A stretch of 63,841 bases of DNA, taken from assembly GCF_001194135.2 (NCBI RefSeq), contig NC_069000.1, positions 14,907,281-14,971,121 of the forward strand. Direction: 5' to 3'. This stretch comes from Octopus bimaculoides (Eukaryota). Shown piece by piece: positions 26,120 to 38,694 of this stretch (position 1 is the first letter of the stretch; each line of letters starts with the position of its first letter). The translations under genes and the position numbers were made by a program. The notes under the pieces are model-generated. The model saw nothing but the letters and a program-made list of their open reading frames with translations, was not told the DNA's origin and did not search any database.

Positions 26120-27048
26120 NNNNNNNNNNNNNNNNNNNNNNNNNNNNNNNNNNNNNNNNNNNNNNNNNNNNNNNNNNNNNNNNNNNNNNNNNNNNNNNNN
26201 NNNNNNNNNNNNNNNNNNNNNNNNNNNNNNNNNNNNNNNNNNNNNNNNNNNNNNNNNNNNNNNNNNNNNNNNNNNNNNNNNNNNNNNNNNNNNNNNNNNN
26301 NNNNNNNNNNNNNNNNNNNNNNNNNNNNNNNNNNNNNNNNNNNNNNNNNNNNNNNNNNNNNNNNNNNNNNNNNNNNNNNNNNNNNNNNNNNNNNNNNNNN
26401 NNNNNNNNNNNNNNNNNNNNNNNNNNNNNNNNNNNNNNNNNNNNNNNNNNNNNNNNNNNNNNNNNNNNNNNNNNNNNNNNNNNNNNNNNNNNNNNNNNNN
26501 NNNNNNNNNNNNNNNNNNNNNNNNNNNNNNNNNNNNNNNNNNNNNNNNNNNNNNNNNNNNNNNNNNNNNNNNNNNNNNNNNNNNNNNNNNNNNNNNNNNN
26601 NNNNNNNNNNNNNNNNNNNNNNNNNNNNNNNNNNNNNNNNNNNNNNNNNNNNNNNNNNNNNNNNNNNNNNNNNNNNNNNNNNNNNNNNNNNNNNNNNNNN
26701 NNNNNNNNNNNNNNNNNNNNNNNNNNNNNNNNNNNNNNNNNNNNNNNNNNNNNNNNNNNNNNNNNNNNNNNNNNNNNNNNNNNNNNNNNNNNNNNNNNNN
26801 NNNNNNNNNNNNNNNNNNNNNNNNNNNNNNNNNNNNNNNNNNNNNNNNNNNNNNNNNNNNNNNNNNNNNNNNNNNNNNNNNNNNNNNNNNNNNNNNNNNN
26901 NNNNNNNNNNNNNNNNNNNNNNNNNNNNNNNNNNNNNNNNNNNNNNNNNNNNNNNNNNNNNNNNNNNNNNNNNNNNNNNNNNNNNNNNNNNNNNNNNNNN
27001 NNNNNNNNNNNNNNNNNNNNNNNNNNNNNNNNNNNNNNNNNNNNNNNN
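26120..27048. other. Largest assembly gap
   Basis: N-run. Other gaps lie near 4494, 6030, 9986, 12012, 19556, 23131, 36243, 39261, 54452 and 61734, most of them beside microsatellites or young repeats. Exons could be hidden in them. Confidence 0.99.
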
Positions 27049-27235
27049 TCTATATGGAGAATATCTGTCTCTCATCTATAAAGTATATATCTATATATAC
27101 AAGTATTATATAATTATAAACATAATTATAGAATATTTGTATAATTTTACCTATAAAGGTTATTTTAACGTACCGATCTACTTGGTAAAATTATTGATTG
27201 ATTAATTAATTAATTTAATTGATTAATTTTACCCT

Positions 27236-27272
<37 letters not shown>

Positions 27273-28655
27273 CCCTATATAACAGCTGGATGCCCTTCCT
27301 AACACCAACCACTCTGAGAGAAATGGGTGCTTTTGCATACCACTGGTATGGGTGTCAGTTGCATGACACCAGTATTTGGGCTTGATGGGTTTTCTTCTCA
27401 AGCTCAGTATATTGCCAAAAGTCTTGGTCATTTGTTATTGCCTCTGTGAAGCCCAATGTGTGAAAGATGCTAGTTATGCGACACCAGCATTGCCTCTGTG
27501 AGGCCTGGTTTTCATCAGAAACCTGTGTAAGCTGTTTGTTGTTTGATAGATACCATCTTGTGTGGAAACAATGTAGGGGTTAGTGTCAGGAAGGGATTCT
27601 GGCTTTAAAACACTTTGCTCCCAATGTACTCTAATCTGATCCATGCAAACATAGAAAAGTAGATGTTAAAACAATGATTTTGATGATGAACATACTGTCT
27701 CTGTTTAACTGAAGACATAAAAGAACCAATCACCACCATATTATAATTATGTTAACAATTAATATTTATTATATTAATAATCATTAATATTTTATAATTA
27801 AATTCAAATGTTGGAATAATGGTTTTATGCGCAGTAACAACTTCTTTCTTAGGCCTAATTGCTTTCCACATGGAAGTACCAGTAGTATGCTGGACTTGAT
27901 TTAATCAAGTATACTCTTTGCCGACAACGATTGGCCTACTACCTAGTTAAAACAAAAGTATTCTGAGTTCTTGGTTCAAATATCACTAGAGTCAACTTTG
28001 TTTCCTCCACATAAGGTAAAAAAACCAGATATAATTAGGTGGTTATAATCAGCTATACACTCACTCCAAAATCTCTGGCTTTGAACCTATTTTAGTAATC
28101 AATAATCATTATTTATGGTTCATTAGTGAAGGTATATGGCCTTGTGGTTAATATCTTCATCTCATAATCTTAAGATTGTGGGTTCAAGTCCCAGACTAAG
28201 CATCAAGTTGGGTCTTTGTGCATGACACTTCATTTCACATCACTCCTGTTTGCTCAGCTGAAATGAGCACCAGCCGAGCGCTGGTGCAGGTCTTTCTTTC
28301 TACAGCTGTCACATCCTTGATCTTCCATTGGTTCAAGGATGAGAGGGTCAAGAGGGTCTCTATATCACGACTACAAAGGCACTTAAAAGGCACTTAAAAT
28401 AAGCAAAAGCAGGCACATGCTGCCAGTTCCTTTTCTCTTGCTATGGGTTTTCTTTGTGGTTTTGGTTCAGTAATCTCACTAAGTATTGTTACCATTAAAT
28501 TATTCAATACTGGTGGTAAGTTGGCAGACTTGTTACACTGCTGGGGAAAAATGCTTTGTGGTTTTTCTTCTGACTTGTTACAGTGAATTCAGATTCTGCC
28601 AAAGTTGACTTTTCCTTTCATTCTTTCAGCATCGATGAAATAAAGTACCATTTTA

Positions 28656-29451
28656 GTTAGCTCTTCCTTGATTTGATGGGTGGTGGTGGTGCATGGCTGT
28701 TCTCAGTTGGTGGAGCAACCTGTCTGGTTGTTTCTGATGACAAATGAGTCTCTGGATTGCTAACTAGTGCATAGATTAGTGTTTTTCTGTTGACATGGTT
28801 GTGCTGAAGCCATCAATGGTAGCTCCATGTGTAACCTGGGCTTGCTATTACCACAGCTCTCCTTTGAGTGTAGCATTGCAGCGATGTCCAGCTGCCCTCA
28901 CTGGTGATCATGGCATGGCTGCAACATCAGTTGTGGAGCAGTAGCAGTAATCCAGTTGACTCAGCCTGTGCAAACTTGGCAGTGGTACATCACATCCAGG
29001 TCAATCAGTTGACAAATGCAGCACTTCTCAGAGGGACAGGTGGAAGAAAACTGCACAAGGTGAAGCAGTAACAGGTTTGTGATGCCCTTTGATGTCCAGG
29101 GCCACATGCATGCTACATAGGAGGTATCAGTGGGTGCATTTCCCCTGACCCAAGAGACTCAGGAATCCTTTGAACCTGATAATCGATTTTTGGAATTTGG
29201 ACCTGGAATGAACCCTGTGAATGAGGAATTCCAAGTAGGTGTGGGTCATCAGCCCACATCGACCATGCCCCTGCCCTTTGTACACATCACCTGTTGCTAC
29301 TACCAATCACATGATCTGGAGAAGTCCTCAGATTTGGCCAATGTGTCTGCATTCAGGTGGCAGCATTCTGTGTTATCATCGGTGTGTTTGCTGATGGCTG
29401 AGAGATGACCAAACCCAATCGGTTATAGGAAGTAAAATTTGCAACAAGGTT
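28656..29451 (+). pseudogene. Degraded 18S rRNA 3' fragment (V6/V7 to near the 3' end)
   Basis: Decayed versions of universal SSU motifs in the correct order: ggtggtgcatggctgttctcagttggtggag, acttctcagagggaca, aacaggtttgtgatgccctttgatgtcc, gaggaattccaagtag, cctgccctttgtacaca, ggaagtaaaatttgcaacaaggtt. Many CpG>TpG/CpA changes and no flanking ITS or rDNA context. Confidence 0.93.
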
Positions 29452-29583
29452 GATGTTATTGACGAATAACAACCTTCTAAAGTTGCTGGCCTGTGCCAAA
29501 ATTTGAAGCCATTGTATTCGTCAACGAGTATTCCATTTCATTAACTTGGTTTCATTTCTTTGCTAGTATCATATACAAAAGAA

Positions 29584-29835
29584 CAGTGATGGTCAACCTT
29601 TTAAACTGGCATGTTGAAATGTTGGTTCTTTAATAATCCTGTTATTGTAGTGTCACTTGCATGTCTACATGTATTTCTCCAGCTAGGTAAATGCTTATGG
29701 ATAAACTTTTAGTAACATGATATTGTTGGAAGTTTTTTTTTTTTGCTTGTCTATCAGAGTCCATTACATGACAACCTAAAATACCCCAGTGGCATGTCAC
29801 TGCTGACATGCATGCCATAGGTTCTGCTATCACTG
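29584..29835. mobile_element. Older hAT-like MITE
   Basis: Imperfect TIRs cagtgatggtcaacct / aggttctgctatcactg. No TSD is recognisable. Confidence 0.6.
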
Positions 29836-29979
29836 CACTGCAATTCTGCTGCAGTCTGTAAAACAGTTTAAGAATAAAATGCAAGTATAAAGAATTTCCC
29901 ATCTAAATGTCTTGGCATTTTTTTTGTTTTTTTTTTGTTTCTGTATTTGGTTAAATTACATTTTCTTTCTTCCTTTCTT

Positions 29980-30375
29980 TCTTTTACTTGTTTCAGTCAT
30001 TTGACTGCGGCCATGCTGGAGCACCACCTTTAGTCGAGCAAATTGACCCCAGGACTCATTCTTTGGAAGCCTAGTACTTATTCTATCGGTCTCTTTTTGC
30101 CGAACCGCTAAGTTACGAGGACGTAAACACACCAGCATCGGTTGTCAAGCGATGATGGGGGGACAAACACAGACACACAAACACACATACATATATATAT
30201 ATACATATATACGACGGGCTTCTTTCAGTTTCTGTCTACCAAATCTACTCACAAGGCTTTGATCGGCCCGAGGCTATAGTAGAAGACACTTGCCCAAGGT
30301 GCCACGCAGTGGGACTGAACCCGGAACCATGTGGTTGGTAAGCAAGCTACTTACCACACACCCACTCCTGTGCCT
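29980..30375 (-). mobile_element. SINE family A, young copy
   Basis: High identity to 7158-7559, 55728-56125 and 36080-36683. Confidence 0.9.
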
Positions 30376-31367
30376 ACATTTCCAAAGAAAAAAAAGAAAA
30401 AAAGAAAAACATTTCAAACAAAGTTAATTACTTGCCACTGTTTTTCCAAATAAACGAATCAAAGAATTAATAGCACCTGCTGTAATAGAGATTAGACATA
30501 TTATTGTAATGCCTGGGTCAAAGACTGCACAGCTCTGTGTGTATATGTTTATGTGGGCATGCATGTATGTGTAGTCGAAGTGTTTGTGGGTATGTGTGTA
30601 TAGTAGGGTGTGTGAGTTTGTGTGTAGTAGGATGTGTTTAGTAGGGTGTGTATGTAAATGTGGTAGGTTGTATGTAAATGTGTCTGTAACAAGTGTTTTT
30701 GAAATTATTGCATTGGCAATTAAGTGAGGGTGATTAGACTAAACCGAGTGCTGTTTTTATTTTATTTATTTATTATGTATTTTTTTTAAATACTTTCAGC
30801 AGGAGGAGGGGTGGCAGCACCTGTGTAACCTTTTCTATGGCCATTGAGACTGGGAGGAAAAAAAAAGGATGTTGCTCTTATCCTGGGGATTTAACCCAGG
30901 GGAAACTTTACTAAAGACTTCTACACAGTTTCAATCTACCAAATACACTCATAAGGGATTGGTTGACCCAGGGCTATAGTCGAAGATACTTGCCCAAGGT
31001 GCCATGCAGTGGGACTGAACCCAAAACAATATGGTTGCGAAGTAAGCTTCTTAACGACATAGCCACTCCTGCATATATCTTTTGCCACTAGACATATACA
31101 TATATACATGTCATAGGCTTCCATACAGTTTCCATTGATTACATTTCACTCGAAAGGCATTGAGAACTTTAAGCTATGGTTGAAGACATTCACTCTCGAT
31201 TCCACACAGTGGGATTGAACCCAGAACCACAGCTAGGTGGCTGCAAATCAAAACTTCTTAACCATTCAGTTTTCTAACTAAACTCAGCTATAGCTTGTTG
31301 GCAACTGTATCTATTTATTTATTGATTGATAGAATCCTAATTACTTATAGATTATGATGTTACTTAC

Positions 31368-31444
31368 CTGGACAGACAAGGTATTTTATGCTGCTTGTTC
31401 TGTAGTCAAGCTGTATTTTAATGCCATGACCAACCAGATCATAT
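31368..31444 (-). CDS. Internal exon of the same unidentified gene
   Basis: Acceptor atgactttccag, consensus donor CAG|gtaagt, 77 nt, phase 2 to 1. Reads YDLVGHGIKIQLDYRTSSIKYLVCP(G). Phases match the flanking exon candidates on both sides. Confidence 0.7.
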
Positions 31445-32172
31445 CTGGAAAGTCATATCATTAGTTGCCACCTAATGAGATTCTTGCTTGTGAGCAATCC
31501 TACACCTCTTGTGACACCTCACACTTTCTCTCTCTGTCCCTCTCCCTCTCTATATCTCTTTCTCTGCTCTCTTTCTGATTCTCCATCTCTCTGCTCCTCC
31601 TGTACCTCTTTTTACTTCTGTATCTTTTCCACTTTCTCTTTCTGTCTATCATTCTATCTCGTTTCCTCTCTGTCTGTCTGTCTCTCTCTCTCTCCTATTC
31701 TGTCTGTCTGTCTTCCTCCTTTGCACTCTCTTCCTCCCTTCTCTCCTTCTTCCATTTGTTTCTTTCCTTTGTTCCTCTCTCATTCACCTGTTCTTCCTCC
31801 ATTTCTCTCCATTTCTCCTCTTTCTTTTTCCCTCCCTCCTCTCTCTTATGTTTCTCTCGGTCTTCATCTCTTTTGTTTCTTTCTTTCTCCTATTTCATAC
31901 TCACATACTCTGTTATTGTAGTTTATATTCACATCAGAAATATGCAATCAGTGTGACTCAGTATTGCAGATACACATCATATATATCATCATCATCATCA
32001 TCATCATCAAATGTCCATTGTCCATGCTGACATGGGTTGGATGGTTTGAGCAGGCTGGCATGCCAAAAGGCTGCACCACACTCCAGTTTGATTCAGCATG
32101 GTTTTCTATGACTGGATGCCCTTCCTCATGTCAACCACCCTGAGAGTATAATGGGTGCTTTTACTTGCCATC

Positions 32173-32209
<37 letters not shown>

Positions 32210-32470
32210 TGTTCCCAGTCACATTGTTTGAGATTCAGTCCCACTGCAAGGCACCTTGTATATATCTATACAATTGAATCGTGCTCTTCATCTTTATTAT
32301 TATTATTATTATTATTATTATTTATAAGGTGGAGTTCAAATTCTGCCAAGGTTGACTTTGCCTTTCATCCTTTCAGGGTCAATAAAATAAGTACCAGTTG
32401 AACACTGAGGTCAATGTAATCGACTGATCCCATCCCGCCAAATTGTTGCCCTTGTGGCAAAATATGAAAC

Positions 32471-32501
<31 letters not shown>

Positions 32502-32528
32502 GTTATTATTATTGTTGTTAGATTGATA

Positions 32529-32565
<37 letters not shown>

Positions 32566-32759
32566 GTTTATATTTAACAGTCTTCTTTGCAGCTAGCTAT
32601 GACTGATTCTGTGTTCGATGAGAAACAGGTCATCTATTTAGATATGGTTGCCAGGTAATTTGGAATTCAAGAAATATTTCTCGAATGATGACAAAAGTTA
32701 ATGGTTATAAAATGCATTGCTAACATAAATAAATACCAGGCTGGAATTCAAATTACATA

Positions 32760-33097
32760 TGTATGCAAACACACATACTCACACACTCTATACAACCACC
32801 CCCACGCGCATACTATACATAACCGCTCTCATACATCATATGCACCACACACATTCGCTTACACAGATACATAGCTGTGATACATATTCATTAACAAACA
32901 TGCATACCACATTCACACACACACACGCACATGTTCACTACATACAGTCATTCACATCATATACACTTCGCATATATTCCCTCTCATAGATATCACATAT
33001 ACACAGTCACTAACAAACATGGATACCACACACACACCCACACACATAATACATACACACATACACACAGTATACTACATTTAGTCATTAGCATATA

Positions 33098-33147
<50 letters not shown>

Positions 33148-34110
33148 CCCACATATATATCTACATGTGCTCATGTATATAGGTGTACACACACATGCAC
33201 TTAAATTCTCTCATATACATGCACATTAACTCACATTTACACATGTATTTACACATTTGTCCCCCCTCATGCTCACATACATGTACATGCTGGGGACACA
33301 CAAACACACATGCACACACATGCACATGTACACACCTGTACATAATTTTTTTCACTGACGCCTCACACTCACTCCCATTTACACATGTCCCCTCTCACAT
33401 TACATTCTCATACTCACACCCACTCACATTCATAAATACACACTCACACTCGTTCATATTTACACCCACTCACACTGACATACCTGTTCACATAGACACA
33501 CACTAGCTCACATGCACACAAAACACACACACACACACATGCACGCCTACACACACACACACATACACACTTGCTCACACACAGGCACACCTGCTCACAT
33601 ACACATCTGCTCATACATTCACATATACACACACCTGCTCTCACACACAAACACACACCTGTTCACAGATTCACATATACACACACCTTCTCACGCACAC
33701 ACACACACATACACACACACATACACACACATCTACTCACACATTCTCATATACACACACCTGCTCACACACACACACACACTTGTTCACACATTCACAT
33801 ATATATGCACCTTATCACTCACACACACACACACATACACACAGACATCTGCTCACAATTTCACATATACACACACCTGCTCTCTTTCACACACACTCAC
33901 ACATACACACACACATGCTCTCTCAAACACACTCGCACATTCACATATACACGCACACACCTGTTCACCTTAATACACATGTATATCTATACACATACCA
34001 ACATTATGTGTAGGAATGCATAACTAACAAGTCTGCTGTCACACTCTTAAATCTACACACAAACACACTCACGCATGCACACACATGTTTATACATACAC
34101 ATACACATAC
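32760..34110. repeat. Long compound CA-rich microsatellite field
   Basis: (CA)n with recurring cacctgctcaca variants. Source of the H/T-rich pseudo-ORFs. Confidence 0.95.
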
Positions 34111-35062
34111 ACATCCATGCTCTCTCTCTCTCTCTCTCTCTCTCTCCCAATCACCCCTCTCTCTTCCCCCTCTCTCTTCCCCCTCTCTCTTCCCCCTCTC
34201 TCTTCCCCCTCTCTCTTCCCCCTCTCTCTTCCCCCTCTCTCCTCCCCCTCCTCCCCCTCTCTCTAAATCATAAACATATTTGTGGGTATATTTGCATATC
34301 TACCCACACATCCACCCTCAATATATTCTAGTTACATGTACTTGTGCAAACGAGGCTGCCGGCTACACTCTGTAGCCGGCATTTCAACCTTTAATCCTTT
34401 CAGTATATGCCCCCCCCTCCTCTCGCTGCAGTAATTAAACACTCCCCCCAACATCTGCTTAATATCTTTATTTACCCCCTCCCACCTTCTCTCACTTTCC
34501 TCCTTCATTAATAAACGAACTATTGTTGTTGTTGTTGCTGTTGCTGTTCTCTAATTCCCCCCCCTTGTCACTCAACCTAAGCCTTCTCCTCAGTCAATCT
34601 TTCTTTCTTTCTTTCCTTCTTTCCTTCCTTCTTTTTTTTCTTTCTTTCTTTCTTTCTTCTACAAGTGCTATCATCACTACCACCGCCACCACCACCACAA
34701 AACGACTACCACCACTACCATGACAACAGTAACACTACCAACTACTACTACTACCACCAACACAACAACAGTGACTGTTACTACTGCCACCATTACCATT
34801 CTGTGGCTGGATGCTCTTCCTGATGCCAACCACTTTATAATGTGCTACTAGGTGCTCTTCTTGTGCCACTAGCATTAGTAAGGTCGGCGTGCATCTTAAA
34901 CAATGTAGTTGTTGGTATTACATTTTTTCCATGGCTTATAATTGTTTCAATATCACATAATTGTCAAATCATATAACATGTCTGTGGTTGATATTAAGAA
35001 GAGGACCCAGCCATAAAAACCATGCCAGAACCGACAGTGGAGCTTGGTTCAGTCCTCTAGCT

Positions 35063-35359
35063 CAGGGGTTTTCAAACTTTTTGACTTGCGGACCCCTTTA
35101 TATTTCAGGCTTTACCTTAGGGCCCCCTTATAAACGCTTACAAAATTTATACATAAATATTTGCTTAAAATAACATATATTTTTACATTTATTTATTTAA
35201 CAGTATTTAACAAATAGGTTTATTGTCAATTAAAAGATTTCGATTAAAAAAACATATATAAAATCAAATTGCCCATAAAAAGTATTTGCTGTCCACAGAC
35301 CCCCTGTCTTGTCCTTGCGGACCCCCTGTGGTCTGTGGACCACAGTTTGAAAACCCCTG
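35063..35359. mobile_element. hAT (Charlie-like) MITE inserted in an RTE 3'UTR
   Basis: Perfect 16-bp TIR caggggttttcaaact, TSD ctctagct / ctctagtt (7 of 8). Confidence 0.88.
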
Positions 35360-35670
35360 CTCTAGTTTACCAGCTCCTGCCAAGCCATCCAACCCATGCC
35401 AGCCTGGAAAATGAACATTTCATGATGATGATAATGGTGGTGGTGGCGGCAGTAGTGTTTGTTGTTGCTGAAGACATGTCTTCAACATCTCCATTCTTCT
35501 CTTGTTATTTATATTCTGCAACTGAGGATAATCTTCTTGATTTTTTACTTTGCGTAAAACTACCAGTTTCTGCTGGACAAATTCTCATCTTACACATTCT
35601 GATAACTGGTGTTCACAGGAGTTATTGCCTGAAGTTAACTGCCTGGATTTCCAAATCAAATGCTAAAAGG

Positions 35671-35965
35671 TTCTATATTTAAGAGATGAGGAATTATTTA
35701 CATTTGACGGATATTTGTCCTCATCTTGTTTGTTGTCAACACAACGTTTCGGCTGATATACCCTCCAGCCTTCGTCAGGTGTCTTGGTGAAATTTTGAAC
35801 CTGGGTTCTCATTCCTAACGATGTTACTATTATTATATTATTATTATTATTATTATTATTACTATTATTAATCAGGTCGCTGCCGTGAAAAGGCTGGAGG
35901 GTATATCAGCCGAAACGTTGTGTTAACAACAAACAAGATGAGGACAAATATCCGTCAAATGTAAA
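35671..35965. mobile_element. Penelope-like non-autonomous element with 76-bp inverted arms and a 15-bp target-site duplication
   Basis: Arms 35697-35772 and 35890-35965 differ at one base and carry the PLE-type end motif (cctga)cgaaggc..ccgaaacg. Flanked by aaatgctaaaaggtt (35658-35672) and aaatgctaaagggtt (35963-35977). Confidence 0.7.
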
Positions 35966-36826
35966 TGCTAAAGGGTTTAGGCATTTTCTCCAACCCATTG
36001 AGCTCCTGTTTTGAACTGCATTCTCCAGTTAACCCCTTCAACGTTCAGATTACTCTGTCAAATGTAATGCTTATTCTTTTACTCTTTTACTTGTTTCAGT
36101 CAATTGACTGCAGCCATGCTGGAGCATCCGCTTTAGTCGAGCAAATCGACCCCCAGGACTTATTCTTTGTAAGCCTAGTACTTATTCTATCGGTCTCTTT
36201 TGCCGAACCGCTAAGTTACGGGGACGTAAACACACCAGCATTNNNNNNNNNNNNNNNNNNNNNNNNNNNNNNNNNNNNNNNNNNNNNNNNNNNNNNNNNN
36301 NNNNNNNNNNNNNNNNNNNNNNNNNNNNNNNNNNNNNNNNNNNNNNNNNNNNNNNNNNNNNNNNNNNNNNNNNNNNNNNNNNNNNNNNNNNNNNNNNNNN
36401 NNNNNNNNNNNNNNNNNNNNNNNNNNNNNNNNNNNNNNNNNNNNNNNNNNNNNNNNNNNNNNNNNNNNNNNNNNNNNNNNNNNNNNNNNNNNNNNNNNNN
36501 NNNNNNNNNNNNNNNNNNNNNNNNNNNNNNNNNNNNNNNNNNNNNNNNNNNNNNNNNNNNNNNNNNNNNNNNNNNNNNNNNNNNNNNNNNNNNNNNNNNN
36601 NNNCCAAGGTGCCATGCAGTTGGACTGAACCCAGAACCATGTGGTTGGTAAGCAAGTTACTTACCACACAGCCACACCTGCGCCACCTGCTTGTTTATTC
36701 CTGTTGTTTTAAATTAAGTATGCATTATTTGATTGTTTTGTAGGGTAGGTGTGAGAGCCTGGATCTGGCCAGTTTGAACATAAAACAGATAGTTTGGTCA
36801 GATGTGGCTGGCTTAAATGTTAAAAG

Positions 36827-37000
36827 CATTAGCGTAGCTTAGAGTGGGGTTGGGGGTAGGGGTGACCCCGCTCCAGGTGGCACTTTTAAAGGGGCAGCAC
36901 TTTTGGGTCTGCTGTTGGCAATATGTGTTTTTTATGGGGTTTGTGGGGCAGCAAATGGAAGGGCTGCCCCTGGGCAGCTTACACTTTAGCTACGCTAGTG
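36827..37000. mobile_element. Small hAT-like MITE
   Basis: TIR cattagcgtagct / agctacgctagtg. Flanks gttaaaag / gttataga are only a partial TSD. Confidence 0.55.
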
Positions 37001-37782
37001 GTTATAGAGTTAAGTCTTAGGATACACAGAAGTACCCAGGAGCAACATATTTATTAGTTTAACCTGCTGGTCAGGGAAACACACACGCAGAGAGAGAGAG
37101 AGAGAGAGAAAGAAAGGAGGAGGAAAGAATGTAATTCCTGAAACATTTCTGTACACTCCCCATCACAAACTGTTACTGATACAGCAAGTGTTATTGAAGT
37201 GGGAGGGAAATATTTGTGTGTGATTAAGACTATTAAATTAAAGGATGGAAAGATAAAGCTTATATTATGTATTGGACAGAGAGAAAAAAAAACTACCTGA
37301 TGTACATTAGGGTTGATGTTCTAAACTCATTTAAAGTTAGGTTTTCTATCACTTTATATTCTTCTTATGTGTTTCAGTCATTGGATTGGGGGCCATGCTG
37401 GAGCACTGCATTGATGAGTTTAGTTGATAAATCGACATCAGTTTTTTTTTTTGTTTTTTAAAGTTTAGAGTTTATTCTATGATCTCTTTTGTCAAACTGC
37501 TAAGTTGTGGGGTAGGTCATGTAAACAAATCAACATAACTTTCCTAGTAGTATGTATGTAAGGGTCTAACACACATACACACACACACACACACAATCGT
37601 TCTAAGGATTCTCCATTTGAGGTTCCTGGATTTGAACACACATGCACTTGCATGTGCATTTGGAACACACAGACACACACTCACATACAAAACATAGACA
37701 CATATGCATTTAGCAATGAAGCATACCTAGTTATGTTCTAAAGTGACATGCATATCTAGTAAACGAGTACAAGCTTACGCAT

Positions 37783-37890
<108 letters not shown>

Positions 37891-38132
37891 CCAGTTCAGA
37901 TATCCATAAAACCTGAGAGCTGTCTTGACTTAACCAAAAAAACCTTGTCATTTGTCAGTAACCAGCTTGAATCCTGCAAAAGAAAAGAAAATTTTAATGC
38001 ATCCCAAAGAAAATATGTACACATTTGCACACATATACATACTTAAACATACATGCACACACAAAAAAACATATGCATGCATGTATGCATACACTGTACA
38101 TATATACAGAGCTACATACATGGGTGTTTGTA

Positions 38133-38176
<44 letters not shown>

Positions 38177-38662
38177 TACAGTATCGACACAAATATCTAT
38201 CTTTAGAGCTGCTCGAGGATGTTGACTTGAAAAGGGTTAATAGTGTTGTCAGAGAAGATTTACAGCAAGTTGATCATGTGAAATATCCATTAGCAAGTGT
38301 TAGTAACAGCCGTTGGACATGAAAAGAGATTTAAGCCAGTCAAATTACACAAGTACACCTTGTAAAAGTCCATGATTTATACAGAGAAATCACCTGTTGT
38401 TAATATATATATAAATCACCTGTTGTTGATATGGATAAATCACCTGTTGTTGATACACATAAGAATTGTCTTTCAAAGAGAATCTCTGAAATTAAAAGGA
38501 AAATGTGGGTGATTGTATTGGAACGTAATTCAATGGTCCAGCATTGTTCACTAAACACTGTTATTTGTTTCTATTTAACTTTGTAAAATGCAGTTTCCTA
38601 AATGCTTTCCCACTCTCTCTCTCTTTTTCCCCTGTCTCTGCTCTGTCTCTGCATCTATCTAT

Positions 38663-38694
<32 letters not shown>

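Noticed and set aside
25928-27205. 425-aa and 363-aa ORFs
   Set aside because: They consist almost entirely of N-gap. The same holds for the ORFs over the gaps at 4494, 23131, 36243 and 39261.
29130-29408. 92-aa + strand ORF in GC-richer DNA
   Set aside because: It lies wholly within the 18S pseudogene.
31368-31444. Resemblance of FRRYDLVGHG..I..YLVCPG to tRNA-splicing endonuclease, J-domain or C80 protease motifs
   Set aside because: Only a few residues match, with wrong spacing and no catalytic context, so no gene symbol is assigned.
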